Source: Eledone cirrhosa (Eukaryota). From it: a stretch of DNA of 64,000 nt. A program made the translations under genes and the position numbers. Of this stretch, positions 14,528-29,255 are shown one piece after another. Numbering within the stretch: position 1 is the first letter of the stretch; each line of letters opens with the position of its first letter. The notes below the pieces were generated by a model. The model was not told the origin of the DNA, did not search any database, and saw only the letters and a program-made list of their open reading frames with translations. The stretch spans positions 165,912,001 through 165,976,000 of the forward strand of contig OZ024740.1 in the NCBI GenBank assembly GCA_964016885.1, read 5' to 3'.

Positions 14528-15164
14528 AACATAAAGTAAAAATTGTGTACACTAGCACATACACACTGAAGCATGTCGATGGAAAGGAATATACACTTTC
14601 ATAAAATATACGTATATACGATGGATTATATATATGTTTGAATATGCATCTATTATATATATGTGTGTGTGTGTGTGTCTGTGTGTGTGTGTGTGTGTGT
14701 TTATATGTGTGTGTGTGTGTGTGGGTGGGTGGGTGTGTGTTTGTAAATATATATATATAAGAAAACCTTTATTAGTATGGTAATTAATGCAGTTCAGTAG
14801 CTACTCACCAGCTTCCAGTCCAAGATAGTCATACATGTACGCACTCACACACACGTGTTATAAACACGCGCGCACACATATATATACAGAAAGCTTGTGG
14901 TGCTGAGACCATGTAAACCCCTAATCATGTCAGTACTCGACTCATGGGGAGATGTAGAGTGGATATAGCGATATGTGAAATTCCGACGTTTGCTATACAC
15001 ACAATCCGTAAACGCTTACATCTCTTGCAAAGATATCTTCTTCTTCTTCTTCTTCTTCTTCTTCTTCTTCTTCTTCTTCTTCTTCTTCTTCTTCTTCTTC
15101 TCCTTCCTCTTCTTCTTCTCTTCCTCCTCCTCCTCCTCCTCCTCCTCCTCCTCCTCCTCTTCCT

Positions 15165-15550
15165 CGTGGGTACCAGTCTCCTCTAACTCTTATTCCAGCG
15201 AGGCCTGTAAGAAGCAACCGTTTCAAATTCATCCGCCTAGGCCCAAAGTCCGACCAGCCAAGCTCATAGCTTTTATCCAAACGTCTTGCCCGGGGTGAAC
15301 CCCTGGTTCTCCCCTAGGCTGGTTTTGACCGTATAATCTGTTCAGTGATGCTTTTCTGTGACATTATAACCCATGCCCATAGCATCAGAGGGATTAGCGG
15401 CTTCACATTGCGTTACACTCTGATCTCTGAGCTTCGCACTCTATCGAGTAACGTTACTCCAAAGAGCTTTTGGAGGAACCATATTTCGTCCGCTTGTATT
15501 TGCGATCGTATTCTTTGTGTCATGACCATAATGCAGAGTTGGCACAAATA
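15165..15550 (-). mobile_element. RTE-type LINE 3' fragment with (GGA)n(GAA)n tail
   Basis: Translation MTQRIRSQIQADEIWFLQKLFGVTLLDRVRSSEIR and ...YELGWSD matches the RTE C-terminus. Tail microsatellite at 15037-15164. Confidence 0.7.
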
Positions 15551-16243
15551 ACGAATTTTAATATTGCCTTTACACCAACTTCCTTTCTTCTGACTACCGA
15601 ATGCTGAAGCTGGCAAATTACGCACCATCTCCTGCAATTCTTCAGTGGAACTCCATTCACAGGAGGAGTGCACAGCACAGGTTTCTTGGAAGGACGAGTG
15701 TTTTAGTTTTCGCAGCATTGATTTTCATTCCAGCGATGCAGTACTTGGCATCAAACCTATGAAGTGCAAATCGGAGATCATCTTCTGCCGAATAATACCA
15801 TTTCGTCTGCATATTCCAGCCCACTGATTATAATCCTGCCAGTCGTAATAACGAGAGGTTTTGTGTCTCAAATACGAAAACCCATCTCGGGTCATATTAG
15901 ATACGAAAACCCACCCCATCAGCGTACACACATACATACCAGTGAACGCATGCGCTAATTCATGTTCATGCAACCACACGCCCTGCCCAACACACATATA
16001 TTCATACACACGCGCACACATGCATAAGTGCGTACATAGGAATACGTGTGTATGTGTGTGTCCGCATATACATGTGTGTGTGTGTGCATATACATTTGTG
16101 TGTGTTTTGGTTATTGGCAGGGGTTCATTTTTGTTGCATAATATTTCAATAACGAATGTGTTGAATACTGAAGGCATAATTAATCCTCTCCTTTTTGTTA
16201 ATGTCGATATCATTATTATTATTATTATTATTATTGTTGTTAT

Positions 16244-18466
16244 TCCTTGAATCTCAGTCATTGATGTTGGTTAACTGGAAAGTCCGTTGGATTGAATATC
16301 AAGCCACTATCTGCAGCCTCAGATATTCAGGACGTATCGGAGGGTTCTTGCTGTTCCAAGCAAGCATGCCTTTTGAAGCGTTCCAAAAAGCGTGAAGGGG
16401 CCGATTTTCTTTAACCATCCCTGGAAACGTTTGGAGATAGTCCCCAGTGCGCCTATGACAATCGGGATCACTTTGAATTCATGGTAGTTCCAAATCCTTT
16501 TCACCTCCCACTTTAGGTCCTGGTATCGGTTAATTTTCTCCCTCTCCTTCTCTTGCACTCTCGTGTCGAACGGGCAGGCCACATCCACAATCAGACACGA
16601 TCTTTTTTCTTTGTCCACAACCACCAGGTCAGGTCTATTGTGTTCCAGTTTTTTGTCCGTCTGTATCCTAAAATCCCACAGCACCTTCACCTGATTGTTC
16701 TCCATCACCGCCTCTGGCCTATGCTCATACCATTTCTCAGAATGTGGTAAATTGTTTACTTTGCACAGGTGCCAGTGGATCACCCTGCCCATCACATCGT
16801 GTCTCCAGCCCTTATAGTGGGTCTGGGCTAGGTGTTTACACTCGGACACAATGTGAGCCACAGTCTCCTCTCTTTCTCCACAGATCCTGCACAGTGGGCT
16901 AGCCTCCTCCTTGTAGATATGGTGCTTCAACCACTTCGTTTTGAGGGCCTGCTCCTGTGCAGCCATTAGCATTCCTTCTGTAGCCTTTTTGAGGTCTCCT
17001 CTTCTCAACCAGTTCCATGTCTGTGGATCTCTAAATTCAGTTTTCTCAAAGAAGGTACTATGAAGGGATTTTCCCTTAAGGCTGCTCTTCCTCCTTGATG
17101 TTATTTCCTCCTTGGACATCCCCTGGCCTACTGTCCCCTCCTTCAGTACAGCTCTGAGCATTGGCTCCTTACTATAGGCCACGTATTTGTATAGGTTGTT
17201 TTTCTCCATCTGAACACAGTCCTCTATGCTGATAAGACCTCTTCCACCCTCAGATCTCCTTAGGTAGAGTCTATCGACATCACTCCTCTTGTGGAACATG
17301 TTGTAGATAGTCAATAGCTTCCTAGTCTTCCTATCCATTTCTTTTTGTTCAGCAACATTCCATCTCAGAATTCCCGCACTGTACCTAATAATAGACACAG
17401 CTCGGGAATTTACAGCGCTTATGGCATTTCTGCTGTTCAGATGTGACTTCAATACGCTCCTTACTCTCCGAATGTATTCAGTTCTTAACAATTCCTTCAT
17501 TTTTTTGTTCTTTATGCCATCAGCCTCCAGAACGCCCAAATACTTGTATCCTTCCTCAGAGTCAATTTCCTTTATCATCTCACCTGTTGGTATCTGGATC
17601 CCGTTACTTCCGCTCAACCTACCCCTCTTCATATACAATGACTCCACATTTACCAATGCCAAACTGCATACATATATCACTGCTGAAAATACGGACAGTG
17701 TCAACAAGCACATCCAACTCCTTCTCACTTTTCCCGAAGAGCTTAAGATCGTCCATGAAGAGGAGGTGATTGATGGTAAGCTCTCCCCTTCCCAACTTGT
17801 ATCCTGCTCTCACTTTTCGCAGCATAATGGTCAAGGGCATCAGGGCAAGGACAAACAACAGAGGGGACAGGCTATCTCCCTGGAAGATACCTCTCTTGAT
17901 CTTCACGTTTCCCAAGGATACTCCAGTTGATGTCAACTCTGTTTCCCAGGACCCCATACTCCTGCCTAGCAACTGTCTGATGTTATCTGCCACCCTGAAG
18001 ATCTCCAGGCTTTTGGTGATCCAGGAATGAGGCACCATGTCAAATGCCTTTCTGTAGTCTATCCATCCCATGGCAAGATCAGTGTGTCTCCTCCTGCAAT
18101 TCCCCATTACCATCTTATCAATAAGTAACTGGTCCTTTGTACCACGTGACTTCTTTCGGCATCCTTTCTGTTCGTCCGGTAACAAGTTGTTTGTGTGGAG
18201 GTGATGGTAGATTTCCTCAGACACAATGCTCGTCAACAGTTTCCACATTACGGACAGACATGTGATAGGTCTATAGTTGGTAACATCATTACCCTTGATT
18301 CGGTCTTTCATTATCAGAACTGTGGTACCTTTTGTCAACCACTCTGGCACCTCACCCGACACCAAGCAGTCATTGAACATGGCCGTCAGCTTCGGGTGGA
18401 GGGATGTTAAATGTTTAATCCAATACCCCTGCACACCATCTGGGCCTGGTGATTTCCAGTTGGTTA

Positions 18467-18467
<1 letters not shown>
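16244..18467 (-). mobile_element. 5'-truncated R4-clade (Dong-like) non-LTR retrotransposon, RT plus restriction-like endonuclease, one frameshift
   Basis: Starts at LTNWKSPGPDG. RT motifs NYRPITCL, EQKGC, WIDYRKAFD, GIFQGDSLSPLLF, LFMDDLKL in ORF 17619-18434; frameshift near 17632 into ORF 16319-17728. That ORF has a CCHC knuckle (CRICGEREETVAHIVSEC), RHD, and a PD-(D/E)xK nuclease (RPDLVVVD..IVDVACP..KINRY). Flanked on both sides by (TTA)n, the known Dong-type target. Confidence 0.95.
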
Positions 18468-18534
<67 letters not shown>

Positions 18535-19231
18535 TTGCTTCTAAGTTAGAATTTCTCTTGTCCTTCTACGCATATGCTTAGTCATATTATGAAAAGTATA
18601 TGCTATTATTTGATTCATAGATTCATGATATTCATTCATAGATTATAGATCCTTATCTTTATAACGCAAAATATTTAGAAATAAATCCTCATTACACACG
18701 CGCCTGCGCGCATACCAATCCCCCCCCCCCCCCACACACACACACACATACAAACACTTTCACAGTGAAGAACTTATAGCATCAGGCCAAACTGATAGTG
18801 GAATTTTTACGAACCATAAATCAGATATTGTAATATCTGATAGAATTCCTGTTGTTTTTTTTAATAAATATAACAGTATTACTTAGTATTTCCACGAAAA
18901 TACAGGTTTAACCTTTGGATTAGCTTACTATAAGATAGTTGGTGTTATCTGCTTTTTTTTGTTGTTGTTAGACTCGATATCTTTGTTAAATGAACTTAAA
19001 CTTACTAACAAGAATATACAGAAATTAAAATAACAAACCCCAGAGAGGCATATTATTAGATGGTAAATTTTAATAATGGAGTACTCATAATTCTACATGA
19101 TAAAATGATATGAAATACGTGAATACTCTAAATTCTCTACACATTCAGTGTATGGGAATTTAAACTCACTATTAACATTGGAAAGATAACATTATTTCTT
19201 CGACCATTGTGGCCAATAAATGAAATCAATA

Positions 19232-19527
19232 TTGACTTTGCCTTTCATCCTTACAGGGTCGATCAAATAAAGTACCAGTAATGCACTGGGTAATTGTTGG
19301 CTTTGTGCCTAAAGTAGAAACAATTATTTCATGTAATTCAGGACGGTGGATTGGCAGTATCGGTAGAGAGTCGGACACCATGCTTTGAAGCATAGAGTTT
19401 CGTCCCTTTACGGTCTGAGTTCAAATCCCGCCGAGGTTAACTTTGCCTTTCATCATTACGGTGTCGATAAAATAAAGTACCAGTAATACACCGGGTAAGT
19501 GCTGGCCTTGTGCCAAAAGTAGAAACA
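19232..19527 (+). mobile_element. Two tandem SINEs: 5'-truncated copy 19232-19322 and full copy 19340-19527
   Basis: The second copy is flanked by a 17-bp TSD, attatttcatgtaattc (19323-19339 and 19528-19544). Confidence 0.9.
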
Positions 19528-20504
19528 ATTATTTCATGTAATTCTGACAGCGAAAGGGATAAGGATAGGCTCTGTAACATGTTGCAGAACTGATCCTGAA
19601 AGCATGAAATACAGAACCGACTCTGGTGGTATTTGAAATCAGCAAAGATTTGTTACTAAATACCCCCATGTATGTATTCTGACACTCTAGCGATTTCAGC
19701 CCCAGTATTTTTTGCTGCTCATAATTATATAACATATAGTATATTCGTCATAATGTATAGAAATAGATGCAATCGTTGTATGGTTACTAGCTAATTATAC
19801 TTTAATATATTTGGAAATATAAAAAATAAGAACTTTCTTTCATCGGTAAATGTCCACGACTTCATAGGTGAAAAGAATGACACTTTTTGACATCCATCAT
19901 CTTCTCAATATTAGCTGTGTAAGTCACATAAATTGAATTCAAACGAGCAACGAGTCTGTATACTTACTACACCTGAATCATGTATTCTTTGAAATTAATA
20001 AACATTGTTCTCTACCGGAGAGAAATAATGAAAGTTATTGATATAAAAATCCATTCTAAACTTTTATATTTGATATTGATATTATCAAACAAACACTTGA
20101 GGGGTTATTAAATGAAATCAACATAATCTAATTTCGATTATTACAACGAGCAGGAGTCATTTTTATGGGAGAAATCGCCATTCACGCAAAAATATTTGTC
20201 ATTGTTCAGAAAGCACCTGAGAGAATTGGTATTATTCACTCTATTATTTTTACATCTGCTAGTTATGGTTATACGGAACAGAATGAATTGTGCATAATTT
20301 TACATTTTGTAACATTTGCTTGTTGGTGCCGCATTTCGATAATACCTATTAATGTAATTGAGTACTACTAATGTAGTGCTACAACAAATATTGATATTCT
20401 ATCTTTTGTAAAGCACATCATTCAAACTACATCAGAATATTTTCGTGTGCACAAGCGTGTATACCCATCCATCCATATATATCTCTCTACCACCCTCTCT
20501 CTCC

Positions 20505-20569
<65 letters not shown>

Positions 20570-20570
<1 letters not shown>

Positions 20571-22255
20571 AAAAAAACAAAGAACGCTTACATACTCAAA
20601 GTTTTTATTTGCTTACAATGTTTCAGCCATACCGTTTGGTAGGATTCCTCAGAGCTTAATAAACACATTGCTGAGTATAAGCTCCAGCAAGCTTAGTAAC
20701 ACGCACAATCGGAATACAAAAGAGGGCAAAGATAGGGAGATAGATGGCAAACAAGGAGGGGGTACATGTTGGGGTTGTTAAGCACCACAGCTAAATGCTA
20801 GGTCACAAGCAGATTTTACAAGATGCAGATACAATTGATGGCACACAAAAGCAAAAAATACAAGCAATGGTTAAAACATAATAAAAATATATAATAAAAT
20901 AAAAAAAAAATAAAAGGAAGATAATATAAAGAGATAAAAAGTAAATAAAAGGTAAAAACATTTTTTTTTTATTTTTTAAAAGGAAAACAATTAAAACAGA
21001 AAGAAGAAAGATGTTTTAAGCACGTAAAAAAAACCAGAGGAGTTTAAGCGCTGGTCCCTAATAAAACGAGTGGATGGGATCTCCGTAACTTATAGTTATA
21101 TAAGCACGAAGAGGTTCTTAAGGTATATCCAGAAAGACCACAGTAATCAAAATCCCCGCCATGGTATACACATACAAGGTATACTGGTAGGTACCTGAAT
21201 TATGTAGCCCATCGGTGGGGTTTTTTCTGTATAAATCCAGCATGACATTCCTGTTACTGGATGTGTTGTTATGTTTAAGTGAGAATTTATATTTATTATC
21301 TACTTAACCCCTAGACACTCGGGACATTTGTAACCGATTGGTCTAGCCTATACGGTTATACATGTGTAGTAACTCTTTGCCAGTTGGTTATACAGTAGCT
21401 AAAATAGAATTGTGGGGCTTTTGCTTCAGCTCTATCTTGCAATAACCTCGCTTTGCTTGTGTATAGTTTGTTTTATATGTGGTGCCTGTCTATATACTTG
21501 TTATACTCAGCTCTATCCTGTAATAACCCGAATCCGCTTGCGTATGGCTTGCATTTATGTGACACTTGTCTATATGCTTGTGGAGCATCCATGAGCTACG
21601 TAATTCAGGTACCTACCAGTATACCTTGTATATGTATACCATGGCGGTGATTTTGATTACTGTGGTCTTTCTGGATGTACCTTAGGAACCTCTTAAGTTA
21701 CGGAGATCCTATCCACTCGTTTTATTAGGGACCAGCGCTTAAATTCCTCTGGGGGTTTTTATGTGCTTAAAACAACTTTCTTCTTTCTGTTTTAATTTCT
21801 TTCCTTTTAAAAATTAAAAAAAAAAGTTGTTTACCTTTTATTTACTTTTTATCTCTTTATATTATCTTCCTTTTATTTTTTTTTATTTTATTATTTTTTT
21901 TATTATGTTTTAACCATTGCTTGTATTTTTTGCTTTTGTGTGCCATCAATTGTATTTGCATCTTGTAAAATCTGCTTGTGCCCTAGCATTTAGCTGTGGT
22001 GCTTAAAAACCGCAACATGTACCCCCTCCTTGTTTGCCATCTACTATCTCCCTATCTTTTCCCTCTTTTGTATTCCGATTGTTCGTATGACTAAGCTTGG
22101 TGGAACTTATACTCAGCACTGTGTTTATTAAGCTCTGAGGAATCCTACCTAACGGTATGGATGAAACATTGTAAGCAAATTATAACTGTTTGAGTATGTA
22201 AGCGTTCTTTGGTTTCTTATAACGGCTCTGTTCTTGTTCATTGAGCTAATACAAT
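20570..22255 (+). mobile_element. Large fold-back element H (arms about 20577-21212 and 21591-22212, about 380-bp spacer, plus tail)
   Basis: About 630-bp inverted repeat following (TA)n, with a hammerhead near the outer end of each arm. Confidence 0.9.
22124..22183 (+). ncRNA. Hammerhead ribozyme (element H); mirror copy at 20604-20663 on minus strand
   Basis: ...aGCU-CUGAGGA-AUCCUACC uaac GGUAuGGAU-GAAA-CAUUG-UA-AGC. Confidence 0.8.
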
Positions 22256-22316
22256 ACTGTCATAATACAACACGGTGCATGTGTGTTTATGCACATATGC
22301 TCCGTGCTATACGTAA

Positions 22317-22389
<73 letters not shown>

Positions 22390-23315
22390 TGTATATAATA
22401 CACAAAGACATGCAGATAGATTACACATACAAAGCGACTATTCCGATGTAAAAGTATAAACAACTGCGGTAATAATATAGGCATCAGCAGCAGAAGCCGA
22501 AACAACATCAGCCATGTTACATTGTCATGCTTTGTATATTTCTTGAGTCGCTGATGTTTCTTTAGGTGTTTAATGACTTGAAATAATGGTGTGCTGTTAC
22601 AGTTACGTTTAAATAATGTTTTATCACTTTTCTTCTTGTAGTTAATTTTTTTCTTACATGTCTTTCTGTTTAATTCTGCTCTACCTTTTATCTGCCCTTT
22701 ACTTTTTTTTTGTTTTCATGTAATTCCATTTTTCTATTCCATCACCGTTTTATTATTTGATTTCCATTCCTTTTGGAAGCTGTTTTTAACATAATGTTTT
22801 AGTTTTTTTTGCTAATAATTCCCTTGCATCATTCGTGTTTTATTTAACAGTTTTCCTCATTAATACTAAAAAATGTTTAAATTCATTTTGACAAAGTCTT
22901 TTAAAAATGTTCTCCTAATTTACTAAAAACAAAACAAAATAAAAAAAAGAACTGCGTTTATGCTGTTGTTTCTTTAGTCAATGAAGTTAAGGAAGAATAT
23001 TTGGTGATTATTTCGTCCTAATCCTCATTGTTGTTTGTATATGTATGCGTAATACGATATAGTTTGCCACAGTTGTCTCTTTCATATTCTATACTATCTC
23101 GATCTTTATTTTCAACGATTTGTGTTTAAATAGAGACCTTAACGAACAGAGTTTGCCGCATTGTCTTTATCAGCATCATATATATACTCATAGGTTAACA
23201 CGTCACAAACTCTCTCTCTGTGTTTCTTTTAATCTAGCATGGCCTTTACTTATTCTTTAATTTAAAACAAGAAAATTATTTCATTCATGCTCATTTACAC
23301 ATATTATAGTGTATA

Positions 23316-23499
23316 GCGGTGAATTGGCAGTATCGGTGAAGGGTTGGACGGCATGCTTTCCAGCATAATTACGTCCCTTTACGGTCTGAATTCAAATCCC
23401 CCCCGAGGATAACTTTGCCTTTCATCCTTACGGAGTCGATAAAATAAAGTATCAGTAATGTACTGGGTTATTGCTGGCCTTGTGCCAAAAATAGAAACA
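23316..23499 (+). mobile_element. SINE, full length
   Basis: Same family; imperfect TSD attatagtgtata / attatattgtaca. Confidence 0.85.
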
Positions 23500-26400
23500 A
23501 TTATATTGTACATTATTTCAAATTGTTTTATACGTATCGTCACTAAAACTTCATTCCAGTTCACCAGCTTTTATTTTCTCTTCTCTACTCTCTATTCGAC
23601 ATCTATTATTCACTTCCACTATTTCCTTTTTTGGTTTTTTAATATATATTTTATGTACAATATGCATATGGGCAACCAAGAAGACCATTTTTGCCTCAGT
23701 AATAGTCAATTGATGCTATCGTAACTATTCAAATATTATATTCCATCACTTTTAAGCACCTATCTCCTGATCTATTTTTCATTATCACCCAAATATCGGA
23801 ACCTGGAAACTCGGAATAACAAATGATAAATTCTTGTTTCCAATATATAATATAATATAATATAATATTAAGTGCAACTCCATTACGATAATGTAAAATG
23901 TCCTCCCAAAAGCCTTCTTCTCTTAATAAATTGCTAAATCTCTATAATATCAATAATCTAATTACACAGCCGAAATTATACTAAGTATTATATTAGCATT
24001 CATTACTTTATTTGTTTTAATTGCACTATTGAACTCTTAATAAGTTATGATATGTACATATGCAATATAGATATAACATATGACCTTTTGCCAATCAGTT
24101 TCGATTTTTACCTAAAACTTTGGCAACGATCGTACAGAAAATCTCTAAGGACTTTCTGGTGAGATTCAGGAATCATATCTCAATTAAAGTTGTTCATCTG
24201 AGTCTAATTGATGATCTTTCGCAAATTGGTTCTACGTTGGACAGTGTCCAAATTATCTTAATATAGGTTACAACATTTCTCTACGTGATGACAGAAAGAA
24301 TGTTGTATGATCAGTTTTACCAGTTTGTTTTTAAAGATGTATTATGTATGTAAATATTTCATATGTGATTGAAATTGTAATACGTATGCATCACACATTT
24401 TCCATATAACTATGGTAATAAAGCGGTCAATTTTATGCCTGGGTGGCATCTTATGCTAATTAGTTTGTTACTTTGTAAACGCTAAGACCAATTTAGGTTG
24501 TATTTCAAAATGAGGGTTGTAAAGGCAGGCCAATGTTGAATCTGGGGATTAACATTACTTACAAAATACAAAATGAGTCATAAGTAAGCAGGCAGGTAAT
24601 ATTTGAACATCCGCTTATTTGCGTGTGATCGGCCATGGTTATATGATTTAACTACTTTTGTTTAATATATTTATAATTTCGTAATACATGACCAGAATTT
24701 TAGTAAATGTTATCATTTGGAATATAAATGTTGAACTTCCCGCTTACTTATCACTCTATCTGTATAAGTAGAAATATCATAGCTATCTAAATGTCGAAAG
24801 TTCTTGATGAACTATGAATGAAACGATGTTCAAAATTAATGGTCAGTCCAGAAGGTACGTTCAAAGTGCTTTGTTAGCAATATTATTTGTTAACACCATT
24901 GGGTATCCATTCTGTTCTAAGAATAAATATTTCTCTCTTTCTATTGTTATTCTCAGTGCCTTTCAATACAGGAGAGGTGTAATTTTAGCGAAGAGGGGGT
25001 GAGTGGTGGAAAATTAAATTTAACAAAAAGTGTCCTTTGCTGTGAAGATATTAGGAAGCTGTGAACTAAACCAAAAGTTCAGCTATAGAAAATATAAGCA
25101 TTATGTTATGGTTAAAATCATTCATCTCGCCAACACATGGCTTCAGGTTCTGTTCAACTACCTCATACATTGGGCAAGTGTCTTATACTATACTTTTATA
25201 TTGACTGAAACCAGTAAAATATTAAACAATGCTTATGACGAACTGCTCAAAAGTTCAATCATCCTTCGTAACTTGAAAATAAGTCAAATAAGCAATAAAT
25301 ACTCCATTATATAAATATATCTCATATTATTATTTTTAATTACAATGCTCTGTTAACAAGTTCAAAATATTCATTTCAAACATTAGCGAACATTTTGCTA
25401 ACCCTTTGAACACACCCGTAAAGGATTAGCGATACTTTTTACTACGGTTATAATCCCCTTGGATTAAAATTAACAAGAGTCTGGCTCATTTTAAAAATAA
25501 GTGACCATTAATAATACATTTCATTCAAACTGCGAATACCAGAGAACATATTTGGTTCTGATTTTAGAAAGATCCTGAATCTTCAATTTTTTGTATGAAA
25601 GATTTTTATAATGCTTATGACATCACATATTAATATTTAATGCCGACAAGCTGATTAGGGTTATGGGAAGAATACAAAATGATGAGAGAAGCTAATGAGC
25701 TTACAGCGTAATCAACATTTTTTATTTTTCTAATTTAACATTAGAAAAGCCATTAACAGTTCAAAATACATGTATATAGATATCATCTTCCAATTTGCAT
25801 GTGAAATAGTTGAGCATTAATGTTTCATTATAATAACAAATTAATAAAATAAAAGAAAGAAAATAATAATAATATATAGAGTGATACATTTTTGAGCACT
25901 TTAATCGATTTTTGTTCACGAATTGCGTTTTTATGATGGATTTAAGATATTCTTTCTCATTTGATACTCTTTTTCATTTGCTACATGTCGATCGATAACT
26001 GACATCACCTGCACATTCAAACTGTTTGGATGCAAAAATTCAATTATAATCAAATAAGTAGCGAGTAATAGCAATATCACATCAACAGAAGCTCCATGAG
26101 CAGCGCCTTAAAAAAAAATAGAACTAAGTGTGCTATGCCGATGAAACTAATGCAAGTATATGTACGAAAAAGAACTTAACAAGGAGTAGACTATAAAAGA
26201 CATCAAACGATTAATTAAGTGACAGCGATATTTTCATGGCCATAAAATATTACAAAACGACCGATATTACCTTGATCTAATTTGTACACTCTGTATGAAA
26301 TAGCAACACTGAAAAATATTTTCACTCAGAACTATTTGTCAATTTTACAGTGATATGATATTCAAATGTATCCTTTTTTCGAAATAAATGGACATACATC

Positions 26401-26795
26401 GTTAAATGTTATTATTAATGTGTCAAGCCCAAACTACGCACTGTAAATCATAGGCAGCAACACTTCAGAGCCGAGTGTTTGTTTCTTGATTAACAATTGT
26501 ATTTATTTCTCATCTGTATACATTGTAAATAGCCGCGTCGTGGGTATGGAGAAAAGCACACGTTTCTATTCTTCCTGGATCTTCTACGTTTATTTAATCT
26601 GCATCACATAGATGCGCCCTTCCCTCAACACATTAACATAAATAACGTAAGGTTTAAGAAATGTATTTTATTCACAAACACATCCACATGCAACACGCCC
26701 CCCCCCCCCCCCCCCCCCACACACACACACATCTACTACTTATTCACATACAAAACATCAAAGAACGCGTCCGCACCAATGTATACGTGTATGTT

Positions 26796-26878
<83 letters not shown>

Positions 26879-27134
26879 AGGAGATGTCAACATGAATGGA
26901 CCTGTTATTTTTATTTAAAGCCATTTCTTTCCAATTCCAACCCACCCGTCCCTTCAGTCTATCTTATTTCTCATTATTTCTTCTGATGAAGGACTAGCCT
27001 CTGTAACAACGCTCTTCCTGCTATTTCAAGCGTTAGCCTAATATATTCCTTTCATATACTGTACCGATTGTGTTGTTATTTCTGTTTACCTTTCACATAC
27101 ATATATACACATTATACATATACATATATATATA

Positions 27135-27241
<107 letters not shown>

Positions 27242-28996
27242 ATTTGTGTGTGTGTGTGAACCTAAAACCAACACATATATATATATATGTGTGTGTGTGT
27301 GTGTTTGTGTGTGTGTGCGTATGTATGTATGTATGCCTGGGATGGGAGGTAGGGAGGACCCATTCCCCAACTGAAAACATTGTCCGATTGTTTGGAACAG
27401 AGTGAAATCCATTAAAGGCCACCGAGGACATGATTGGGGTGTTAAACCGGGCGACAGATAAAGTCTACCACCCAGCATATATATTATACAATGGGCGTCG
27501 GCATAGTTCCGGACAACAAGATTTTACTCACAATATACAGATAAATAGAGAAAGGAGAACGAGCAATTATCTTGTCTCATATCAGAACAAAGTGCCCCAA
27601 TAGCTTTAGATTACAGTAAATAGAATTATCATGAATATACCAACAAATATCCTAGACTGGATAATAAAATTGGTTACCCATCTGTTTGAAATGAAATTCC
27701 TCTACAATCTACGGCAGCCTTTAACTTGAAGACGCACAATCTCCCCTATGGCACCTCCTGCTCCTCGGAGATGGACTGTTTGTGCACTACCTCCACTCTG
27801 TTAACTCGTGTCTCGCTCTATTCATCACTCACCATTTGTTTAACTTTCAACTACGGTTCTAACTACATTTACCAAATTGAGAGAATGAATATCTCACTCA
27901 TCACTGCATTGATTTTTAATTCCTGTCGCTCAGCACCTATGAATAAAAGTCGGAAATCAATTTCTGAAGAGTTATATAGAATTATGACGGATCCTACAAT
28001 CAAAACTCTTGATTTCACTTCCAACCCGGTTTCCTATGTCAATCCTATTCATTGGGATTATAAACTAGAGAGGTGACAGTATGTGACCTTGGTGGAACAC
28101 AACTCTCACATTGAATGGTTTCGACTTGAGATGAATACAAGCAGTCGAAATCGGGTGCTTGCAGTAAAGTTAGAATGCGTGGGTCGGAGGTCCTGGTACA
28201 GCCGATGCTTCTCCGAATTGAGAGTTCACAACTTCAATACTATGGGCATGCGTTCAGAATGTCCCAGGAAATACCAACGGACAGGAGTTTCAAGGTAGAC
28301 CCTAAGCATGATGGTTGGATAGCATCCATGAGCTTAGATGGTTTCGCTTAAAGATCCAGTTGGATCATTTGAAGACAGATGCTTCTGACAGAACCTATTT
28401 GATGGCGTGCCTGAGCTTTCTGGCAGCACAACCCTCACAGTAATTGGTGAGCAAAGAACAAGATTATTATTCAAATATAACCAAATACTTTAAATCAGCT
28501 TGTGTCATAGAACCGGGGTTGACTTGAGGTGGATCTTCTATTAAAAGGGTTAAATTAATGATTTTAAATTCAAATACATAAAATAAATGAAAGACTAAAT
28601 ACATTTTTAAAAGGCTGCTTTATTCTATTCAGAAAAACAGGATTTGCGTAAGTATCCAGTATCCTATTTCAATGGTTTTAGTCCGTATTTATTTGACATT
28701 TATGCAAATAGGTTGATCCCTGTTAATAAACATGCCAATGCATTAATTCAACAGCAGGCAGGTCAACAAGACAATTAAACCTCATCGGTTATGTTTTTTT
28801 TATATTATCGACCTCATCCTATTACTTTTCTCGGTGTAGTTTTTCTTTACACCTCTGTTCATCCAGTTATCCAAATTTCTGTCTGTCTATCTCTATGAAT
28901 GTATATATTTCTTAACTTTCTCTTCTCTTCTCAGCCTTCTCTCTATCTATCTATCTATCGTTTATTTCCTTTTGTTTGTTTCTTTGCTTGCTTGCT

Positions 28997-29156
28997 TTCT
29001 TCTTCTTCTTCTTCTTCTTCTTCTTCTTCTTCTTCTTCTTCTTCTTCTTCTTCTTCTTCTTCTTCTTCTTCTTCTTCTTCTTCTTCTTCTTCTTCTTCTT
29101 CTTCTTCTTCTTTTTCTTTTTCTTTTTCTTCTCCTTCTTCTTCACATCAACAATAT

Positions 29157-29231
<75 letters not shown>

Positions 29232-29255
29232 ATAATAATAATAATAATAATAATC
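28997..29255. repeat. Compound (TTC)n-(CTA)n-(TAA)n microsatellite
   Basis: Directly visible. Confidence 0.95.

Noticed and set aside
22224-22247. Tail hairpin as a SECIS element
   Set aside because: It lacks the AUGA/GA quartet and apical AA geometry.
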